This document shows positions 41,879-50,216 of a stretch of DNA of 50,216 bases, piece after piece; within the stretch, counting starts at the first letter, position 1, and each line of letters starts with the position of its first letter. The notes below the pieces were generated by a model, which worked only from the letters and a program-made list of their open reading frames with translations, was not told the origin of the DNA and searched no databases. A program made the translations under genes and the position numbers. The stretch covers positions 1 through 50,216 of the forward strand of contig MEDY01000214.1 of assembly GCA_001724265.1 (NCBI GenBank), given 5' to 3'. The DNA comes from Rhizaria sp. SCN 62-66. Taxonomy: Eukaryota.

Positions 41879-44800
41879 ATGAGTTCCGCCGGCCGCATGA
41901 CCGGCAGCGCCGTGAAGCTGTCCGCGCTGGCCAACGACATCCTCGACCGCGGCCAGGACTGTGTGCTCCCGCAGCTCTCCGCCGCCTCGGCCGCCGCGCT
42001 GCCCGGAGACACGCTCAAGTTCGCCAGCACGGACATGAGCGACGGCGCGGCCTTTTTCCCGCTGCCCGCCGTCGCCGCCGCCACCGTCACGGTTGGCTAC
42101 GACGAGGACTCCTCCCCGCTCGCCTACACCAGCTCCAGCTCCAGCTCCAGCTCTGGCGCTGGCTCTGCGCCGTCCGCCGCTGCCCCCGTCGCTACCTCCG
42201 CCGCGGCGGGCGTGCCTGGGGCGAACTTCGGCCAGATCCAGTCTTCCGGGACGGGCGAGAGTCGCACTGCGCGCGTGACGCTGTCCGACTGCCTGGCCTG
42301 CTCCGGCTGCGTCACGACTGCGGAGACGGTGCTCATGGAGCATCACGGCGGACGGGACCTCCTCGCCGCGCTGCTCCGCGCGCACCTCCACAACTACCTC
42401 TACGGCGACTCCAGCAATCACCACGCATGCGCAAGTTCTAGCTCAAGTGCTGTTGCGCCTGCAGCGGCCGTGGCCGACGTCGTGGTGACGGTGTCCCCCG
42501 CGTCGCTGGCGTCCCTGGCCCACACGCTGGGGCTCTCCTCGGCCCAGGCCGCGCGCGCCGTGGCCCTGGCGCTGCGCCTCTGCGGCGCGCGCGCCGTGTT
42601 CGATGGCGCGCTGCCCCACGCGCTCGCGCTGGTAGAGGCCGGGCAGGAGCTCGTTGCGCGGTACCGCAACCGCGCGCGCGCCGCCGGGGTCGTCCTCCCC
42701 GCCGCGAACGACGAGGACACCGCGAATCACACTTGTGTCAACCCATCTAGCTCTAGCTCTAGCTCGAGCGCGAATGATATTAGTGAGGCCGCGGTCGCGT
42801 GCGGCGTGAGCACTGCGGCAGCCGCGGCGGCCGTGCGGAGCTTCTCGTGCGCATCGGCAGCGTCACCGTTGCTTCCGCTGTTTGCGTCTGAGTGCCCCGG
42901 CTGGGTCTGCTACGCCGAGAAGACCCACTCGCACCGTGCGCTGCCTTTCCTCTCGGCGCTCAAGTCGCCGCAGCAGATTGCGGGCACGCTCCTCGCGCTC
43001 TCAACAGACTGCGCTCATGGCCACGCTCAAAGCGGCAAGAGTGAAGGCGACGCGGACAAGAGCGAGGGCGCGAGTGAGACTGCGAGTGCAAGTGCGAATG
43101 CAAAGTCTTTGTCTTCTTCCTCTTCGTCGTCTCTGTTGTACCACGTGTCGGTGATGCCGTGCAGCGACAAGAAGCTCGAGGCCTCGCGCGATGACTTCTT
43201 CTCCCCCGCACTGGGCGGCGCCGCTGAGGTGGCCCTGGTGCTGGCCACGGCCGAGCTCGTCGACCTCATGTTAGGCCGCTACGCGCGGCAGGCCATGGAG
43301 GAGCTCGCCAAGGAGATCTCCGCAGTCAGCAGCGGTACTCTTGGAACTAGTGACGATCAGAGCGTGCGTGACAAGCTCGCGGGGCTCTCGGAGGTGCTGG
43401 CACGCGAGCAGGCGCTGCTGACTCAGCAGTTCGCGCGCATCCGCACCGCCACTGCCACTCAGCAGCAGCAAGTGACCGTGGGCGGTGACCGTGAGACTAC
43501 GACTGACAGCGACTGTGGGTTCGTGGCGCTGCACAACGTCGTGATGTCAGACGACAACGACAACATAGACGGTGACGGCGACGGTCTTCACACCGCCAGT
43601 GTAAGCGGTGCGCCCCAGCAGCCGCCGCGCGCGCTGTCGATGGCGCTGTCGCCGCTGCGCGCGCTGGCCCTGCTGACGATTCAGCCCGCCTCCGAAGAGG
43701 ACGCCAAGAGCGACACCAAGACCGACACCAGTAGCAACAACAGCAACAGCAGCAGCAGCAATACTGACTCGAACGTGAGTGCGACTGATAGCAGCAGTCA
43801 AGTGACTGTGAGCGTGCCGTGGTTTGCCGCGCTCCCGCTGCTCCACGCGCACCTCAACCGCGACAGTCTAATTACCTCTGCGGATGTAAGTGCCTCGTCT
43901 CCAGTGTCGACGCTGCCCGCGCTCGTCTCGGCGCTGCTCCCGCTCTCGGGCCCCACCGGCCTCAGCCTCCCCATCAATCTAAGCACCCCGTCTGGTGTAA
44001 GTACCTCTGCGGTGTCGTTCCCGCTCTCGCGCGCGCCGCTGACCCGCGCCCCCGGCTCGCTCACCGCCGCGGCCTCGGGCGCGTATGCGGAGCACGCCTT
44101 CCGCACCGCCGCCGCGCAGGTCTACGGCGTCGCCGTCCCCGACTTTGCGCCCGACTCCGACGCTGACTCTGGCAGCAACAACACACAGTCTAACAGTGGA
44201 GCCGCAGAGGATATGGTGTCGCTGCCGTGGATGGGGGCGCTGGCGAGCTCCAACAAGGCCGACTTCCGCTCGGTCTCGCTCGAGTTCCTTGGCCACGCGC
44301 GCATCAACAGCACCACGAGTACTGGCTCGAGTACCGCGAGTACCGCGGGTACCGGTGCAAGTGCCGCGGTCACCGCGCGCGACACACGTGCCGCAGCCCG
44401 CCTCCTCTCGTTCCACACTCGCAGCGACACGAACGCTCACGGTGAGACCGCGACTGGGAGCGACGATGCTGTGGAGGTCGGCCTGTACGCTCTCGTGGGC
44501 AAGGACACCGCCCGCGTCATCATTGGCGCCCCCTGGCCCGCGGCCAAAGCGCCCTACGCCGATGACGCTCCCGGCCGCCCCGCCCCCGCCCTCGCCTCCC
44601 ACGGCAATAGCAACTCGCACGGCAGTGCGGCCGTAACTGGTGCCAAGGCGGTCCGTCTCGGCGGCGGCGGCGGCTTCGGCATTGGTGCCGACGGCGACGG
44701 CGACGACGACGCCGATATCATGGGCAGCTTCGCCCCCGCCCCCCGCGCGAGCGCAACTTCCGCGACTGCGGCTGCGGTGGCTGCAGCTGCTGCGACAGTG

Positions 44801-45745
44801 TACGGGACGTCGCCGCTGACGCCGCCGGCCAAGTATCTGGCGTGGCGCCGCAAGGCCCCCGCCACGCCCGCGCTCGCGCCGGGCGCAGTGCTCACGGTCA
44901 CCGCCTCCGTCCCCGCCAGTACGCGTGATGGGACGCGTGGGTCGGCCGGGCACAGCGTCGCGATCGTGAGTCGCCCCGTGAGCGTGACCGTCACGCACGT
45001 GGCGGCCCGGCCCCTCGTGGCACTGTATGTCGCCTGCGCGTACGGCTTCCGCGCCATCCAGTCCGTCGCACACCTGTTCAAGTACGCCAACACGCCCATG
45101 GCCGCGGTCACCCAGTGGCCCCCCGCGAGCACTCTCGCTGGCGCTGCGACGACTGGCGCTGGCTCTGGCTCTAGTGCTGCGGCGACTGCGGTTTCTGCGG
45201 CGCCGGTGTCGTGGCCCGCCGCCGTGTCCGCCGCGCTGGCGGGGTCTCAGCCCGCGCACCACTACGTCGAAGTGATGGCTTGTCCCAGCGGCTGCCTCAA
45301 CGGCGGCGGCCAGCTCTCGGCCGAGCTCCAGACCGCCGAGCAGGCCGACCTTGCCAAGGCGATGGGCCAGCTCACCGGCACCGCCACTGGCGTCGCTGCC
45401 GCCCTCGCCGCTGCTCCCGTCACTGCCTCTGCCCCTGCCCCTGCTCCCGCCCCCGCTGCTCCAGTCGCCGCCGCCGTTGTCGCCGCTCCTAATGGCGTCA
45501 TGGCGGATGGCGACGGGGACGGCGACGCTGACGGCGCTGTTGTGGCTGCTGGAGCCGCGGCGGGCGGGTTCAGGGCGCGCATGCTCGCCAAAAAGAAGGC
45601 CGCCGCCGCCGCCACTGGCAGTGGTGCTGCTGCAGGTGGCATCGGCGCTGACGGCGACGCTGAGATCGCTCCTGCCCCCACCACCACCACCACTGCTGCT
45701 TCGACTGCGACTGCCACAGCTGCGAGTTCAGCTGCTGCTGCTGCT

Positions 45746-45793
<48 letters not shown>

Positions 45794-46090
45794 GGTGAGC
45801 CGATCGACGCGCTGCGGCGCCAGCGCGCGCTGCTGGCCGCGCTGGAGAGTGACGTGCACGCGCTGCCCGTGCGGCGGCCCGTTGACGCTCACGGGCTTGC
45901 GCTCGTCTACGGCCACCTTGCGCGCGCGCACGTTAGCGCGAGCGCGGTGACTCACAGTCGTCAGCAGAGTGACCGTGAGCAGCTGCAGCAGAGTGAGGCG
46001 CTGGCAGTGCCGGGCAGCGAGGCCGTGCGCGCGGCGCTGCACGCGCGGTTCAACGCTGTCGGCGACGGCGAGACCACCACTGCGTGGTAA
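41879..46090 (+). CDS. NAR1: Cytosolic Fe-S assembly factor NAR1/NARFL/CIAO3 ([FeFe]-hydrogenase-like), 1403 aa
   Basis: QDCVLP, ARVTLSDCLACSGCVTTAETVL, ASECPGWVCYAEK, KSPQQIAG, HVSVMPCSDKKLEASR, AYGFRAIQ, YVEVMACPSGCLNGGGQ, LHARFNAV and a terminal Trp. Confidence 0.93.
45731..45790 (+). repeat. (GCT)5(GCG)15 trinucleotide microsatellite encoding 20 Ala in NAR1
   Basis: Read directly; in frame with the NAR1 ORF. Confidence 0.95.
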
Positions 46091-46728
46091 AAACGCCGAC
46101 GCAGCGACAATTCAGCTCATGCGCAGCAAGAGTGCGTCGCAGAGGTTTTGTTGTGATACGCTTTCTTTGACAGGAGTTTTCTTTTCTGATATACGCTACT
46201 ATCTTTTTAATATTAGTACAACTCCTTTCTTTTTTCTTTTTAATCGTCGTTTAACGGACGTCAAATTGGTTACTGTAGTTCTTACCGTTCTACTTATTGT
46301 GAAAGTTCCCCCTCCTCGCGCCTCGCCATTTTCGCCGCGCCGTCAGTCACTTGTTGTGAAACACGCTATTGTTTGTTTGGCGAACGACTCAGTCATTCGC
46401 GCAACGTTATGTTCCTGTGTGTGATTGGTTCTCTACTGAGCTCCTCCTATTTTTTTGAGTGCAGAGTGAAAGAACTCACTGAGGTATCGTGACGATGGCG
46501 TTGACGGAAACAAACGTTTTATAACTTTGAACAGAATCTAGTTCTGATATTATTACTGGTCTTTTGTATTCTTGTGCTTTATGTTTGTGTTTTTGTGATC
46601 GTGACTGGCTGTCTAGTGTGAGTGAGCGAGCGAGTGCTCTTTTGTGTTGTTGAGATATTGCTATTGCTAATTGCTATTATGCGTGTTATACATAGGATCC
46701 AGTCAATGCGCTCGAAATGGCGCTTTTT

Positions 46729-46766
46729 CATCTACTTCACACCCCTCCATCTACTTCACACCCCTC
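46729..46766. repeat. Perfect 19-nt tandem duplication (CATCTACTTCACACCCCTC)x2, intergenic
   Basis: Read directly at 46729-46747 and 46748-46766. Confidence 0.9.
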
Positions 46767-47062
46767 CTATCGCTCTGTGACTCCGTGAAATGCTTCAATG
46801 ACATGACTTCTGCGACTTCTTAACAAAAATGTGACGCTTACATTCGCACAGCGCTAGCCGACTGCACCGTCAAGAACAAGAAATCCAAGCGTAAACCGCA
46901 GTTCATTGAGGCTGGTGGAAACTGTGTAACACAGTATAGTGCATTAGTATTGCTTGAGGGCAAGAGCTGTGACATATCGCTGAGAAAAGTGGTGCAGGTG
47001 CAATGACAGGCGGTGAAGGAACAAGCTAGTGAGTCAGACCGAGGATCTAAACTCCTTGCGAG

Positions 47063-47125
47063 AAAAAAAAAAGGTGATAATAGAGTAGTGGGAATCGAAC
47101 TCATATTTCAATAATGACAGTGATG
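47063..47125 (-). pseudogene. tRNA-Asp(GTC)-like 3' half relic / isolated B-box followed by T10
   Basis: The minus strand reads CATCA CTGTCAT TATTG AAAT ATGAG TTCGATT CCCAC TACTCTA, then T10 eight nt later. Spacing matches anticodon arm, variable loop, T arm and acceptor 3' strand, but both stems have 2 mismatches and no D arm is recognisable. Confidence 0.3.
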
Positions 47126-47811
47126 TAAAATAAAGTTATATAGACTTGTTAAATTCTAAAACACCAGTTAAAAAAGTTTCGCGGACAAAATTTTATATAT
47201 TTATACTGATAATTATTTTTAACCAAGTGGTGGATATTTTTTGTCCGATCGTTAGATTCGTTACTCAAAATCATTTTACAAGTTAGAAACATCTTGTGAA
47301 GAAGAAAATACACACACTATGAAATATATGAAAGAAAAACTCATTGAGGGGGGATATTCACTTCATTTGCTCTCCTATCTTGAGTGTTACGCCCAGTAAC
47401 TAAAATCGATTCCACTGCATTGGACGAGTATATCCGCTGGGATGCGAAAAAATATGCATACCACATGATTTACCACGTGCTGCCATTTTTTACAAACATG
47501 CTCAAAATAACACAGCTCGCTTTTTCAAGTCACAGTCGAGTGCGAAAGAGTCGCGTGACAGGAGGCTGCAGCATAGCAGCGACTGGGAGGTAGGCGCGAG
47601 GGCGCTAACGGATGGGGCTACATTTTGAGTTGCTTGTGTGCTTTCAGAAGTCCGTCAAATCAAAAATGTGCGATCTTAACGATATTTAAATTGGGATTAG
47701 TATGTTATATATTTAAAGTCAGTTTCTAATTATGCGTTTAATGGTTACCCTGGCTCACTTTGTTCTCCCTCTTCACTCTGTGTTCCCTTCGCCACTTTCA
47801 AACCAGACTCC

Positions 47812-48834
47812 ATGGCTTCCCGCGGTAAGAAGGTTCAGGCTGCTCTGACTGCTGAGCAGCGCAATGAGATCAAGGAGGCTTTTGACCTCTTCGACGTTGA
47901 TGGGTTCGTCACACCTCAATTTCTTCCTCGTAGTATCCCGTTCACTACTGCACCCTACACCACTTTCTTCCCGAACCATCACTCATTCTCCCTTCACTGT
48001 CCCTACTTTCCCCCATTTCCACGCAGCTCTGGCACGATTGACATTAAGGAGCTGACGGTGGCCATGCGTGCGCTGGGCTTTGAGCCCCGCAAGGACGAGG
48101 TTCGCCGCCTTATGGACGATCTCGATCGCAACAACACCGGCACCATCACCTACGAGGACTTCCTTCAGGTTCGTCGCTCCTTCCACGACAATATCCCAAT
48201 ATATCTTTAATAACACGAGTTTTTGACTTTTAAATGTGTTATCTGCACTGAATTTGTTGTTTATGTTTCAAGGCTTGACTTTTGATGTTGAGTTTAAGTC
48301 ACTCATCTTACACTTCTCTTTCTGTTGCTTCGATTTTCTCCCTTCTGCTTCCTCCGCCTGTGTCTGACCCAGCTGATGACCAAGAAGATCTCGGAGCGCG
48401 ACTCGTCCGAAGAGCTGGCCAACACCTTCCGTCTCTTTGACGACGACGGCACTGGCACCATTTCCTTTGAGAAGCTCAAGCGCATCGCTAAGGGTACGTT
48501 GTCACTGGCACTGCCACTGCCCCCCTATCATATCGCGAGAAAACGCGATAACAAAGCTCGTGGTTTCAACATATTTTAAGCTCTATATATCAAAATGATG
48601 TTTTATATGCTGACAAATCCACGTTCATTCAACTCATCGACTCTCTCTCTCATTCACCACAATTTCTCTCACTCTCTTAACTTTGTTTGTACGACGATAC
48701 GCTCTGGCGCAGAGATCGGCGAGACGATCAGCGACGAGGAGCTGATGGAGATGATCCGCGAGGCCGACTCGAATAACGACGACGAGGTTACTGAGAGCGA
48801 CTTCCTCCGCATCATGCAGAAGAGCACGCGGTAA
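47812..48834 (+). CDS. Centrin (caltractin) EF-hand protein; 4 exons (47812-47903, 48027-48168, 48373-48493, 48713-48834), 158 aa
   Basis: [45 protein letters not shown]...[71 protein letters not shown] is centrin-diagnostic. Introns of 123, 204 and 219 nt restore the frame. Confidence 0.95.
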
Positions 48835-49211
48835 GCAGCACGGCTTATCACACAAACACACAAATGATCACTTGGAAAAACAAAGAATCAGGGCACATAT
48901 AGCACACAATGACACACAAAATAGCAACACAGAACAAAAAACGCAGGCGAACTAAACGATCGATTGAAGGTCGGAGTTGAGAGAGGATGCCTCTCTCGCT
49001 AACTTACTCTTGCGATACATCAGCATCAGGAATGCGCAACATCAATCACAAAACCGAAACAAATACAAACATCACAACGAAATTTGTAATAAATTAAAGA
49101 CTATGTATCAATTTGAATCCCATGATTCACTATTAACTGAAGCAAACAGAGCGTTACTCATGTTTTAGCCAAGCTCGCTCACAGCCTTAATCGCGCATGC
49201 ACTATGCGTGC

Positions 49212-50216
49212 TTATGCGATGGCGGCGGCGAGGATGGCCTTCTTGAGTGTCTCGAGCCCGATGCCCTTGTGCGCACTGACGCCCAGCAGCAGCGGGGCGC
49301 AGTAGCGGCGCGGCGCTGGCAGGCGGCCGGTCGAGTCGCACGCCTCTGACAGCGCGGCCGCGAACTCGGCCTCTGCCTCGTCCTCCGCCTCCGCCTCGGC
49401 AGCGGCCGCGGCAGCCAGGTCGGCGTCACCGACACCCGCGCCCGCAGCGGAGGCGTTGCCGCTGAAGACGACCGCGCTGTCGCTGTCGGACTGCGCTGGG
49501 GAGCGGACGCGGCGCGCGGCGAGCGCGGCCGTCTTGAGCGGGTCCGTGGCAATGATGCTCGTCAGCGTCGGGTCGAAGTAGCAGCTCAGGTCCTCGCCGT
49601 TGTTCGCGCCCGCACCGCTAGAACTCGCGCTCGCGGCGCCTAAAGCAGCAGCACCAGCGTTGCCGCGAGCACGACCGCTATTGACGTTACCATTACTGCT
49701 GCTGCTGTTGCCCAAAGCGTTTGCTGCTGCGAACTCACCTTCGCTGTCACTGACATAGCTCGCGTGGTGAATATCAGCGTCATTGCTCTTGTTGCTGCTG
49801 TTGCTGTCGCTCTTGTTGCTGTTTTCGAGATCCTGGCTGAGGCGCGCAGCGAGCTCTTGGCGCTCTTGGCGCTCCATGGCGACGCGCTGCTGGCTCTCCC
49901 ACAGCAGCGGGCCGGGCCGCGCGCTCGCGCCCCGCATCCCGCCGAGCGCACCGCCGGCCTCCACGTTGCTGGAGTAGTCCTCACCGTCGCCGTCGCCGTC
50001 CTCGTCGAATTCGCCCTCGGCAGCGCTGCTGCCGTGGCCGCGGCTGTCGTAGCCGTTGCGCGCGAGACTCTCATCAACGGCGGTCTCGAGCCCGTAGTAG
50101 TCGACCTCGACCTCGTCCCAGTCCACGTCGGCCTCGCCCATCGCGCGCTCGCCCTTGCCCGCGACCTTAAAGCCCCACTGGTGCGCGTACGCCGACCGCT
50201 GCCCCGCAGCGGCCGC
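49212..50216 (-). CDS. C-terminal part of a gene running off the window; possibly a TRAFAC-class GTPase
   Basis: The frame is open from 50216 to TAA at 49212. It ends PLLLGVSAHKGIGLETLKKAI, resembling the G5 xSAxxGxG motif and final helix of Obg/EngB/HflX-type GTPases, preceded by acidic low-complexity sequence. G1-G4 are not in the window. Confidence 0.55.
   Translation of the reverse strand, partial: AAAAGQRSAYAHQWGFKVAGKGERAMGEADVDWDEVEVDYYGLETAVDESLARNGYDSRGHGSSAAEGEFDEDGDGDGEDYSSNVEAGGALGGMRGASARPGPLLWESQQRVAMERQERQELAARLSQDLENSNKSDSNSSNKSNDADIHHASYVSDSEGEFAAANALGNSSSSNGNVNSGRARGNAGAAALGAASASSSGAGANNGEDLSCYFDPTLTSIIATDPLKTAALAARRVRSPAQSDSDSAVVFSGNASAAGAGVGDADLAAAAAAEAEAEDEAEAEFAAALSEACDSTGRLPAPRRYCAPLLLGVSAHKGIGLETLKKAILAAAIA

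Noticed and set aside
41879..46090. True [FeFe]-hydrogenase
   Set aside because: Motifs are NAR1-type (ECPGW, ACPSGCLNGGGQ, terminal Trp) and lack the TSCCP signature of catalytic hydrogenases.
48831..48895. GTAAGC overlapping the centrin stop as a possible fourth intron donor
   Set aside because: No other donor here has +4A, and the next AG yields a non-centrin peptide. TAA is accepted as the stop, pending cDNA.
1..50216. Alternative genetic code, CRISPR array, transposon or viral insertion
   Set aside because: All genes translate with the standard code and end in TAA or TGA. No repeat-spacer array, transposase, reverse transcriptase, integrase, terminal repeats or viral hallmark genes were seen.

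Overview
Gene-dense window from a GC-rich eukaryotic (protist-like) nuclear genome, not a prokaryote. Coding DNA is very GC-rich, while introns and intergenic spacers are much more AT-rich. I find 13 protein-coding genes, in order: a partial coiled-coil protein, SF3B2, LSm5, RMC1/Mic1, a PPP1R42-like LRR protein, an SLC25A44-like mitochondrial carrier, SPEF1, a DP-family transcription factor, importin-5, a UEV/MMS2-like E2 variant, an ISWI remodeller, NAR1/CIAO3 and centrin. A further partial gene, possibly a GTPase, runs off the right edge. SPEF1, centrin and PPP1R42 suggest a flagellated organism. I reconstructed 14 GT-AG introns by hand. No mobile element, CRISPR array, rRNA or intact tRNA was seen, and I cannot support a clearly new multi-gene system. 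The most unusual signals are: (1) all 14 donors read GT[A/T][C/T]G with no +4A, pointing to altered U1/U6 recognition; (2) conserved proteins are inflated roughly 3-5 fold by in-frame tri- and hexanucleotide-derived low-complexity inserts, including a ~600-aa loop in a mitochondrial carrier; (3) a tRNA-Asp-like 3' half with B-box and T10 lies in the longest intergenic spacer; (4) the centrin has a degenerate EF4. Family calls come from recalled motifs, not database searches.
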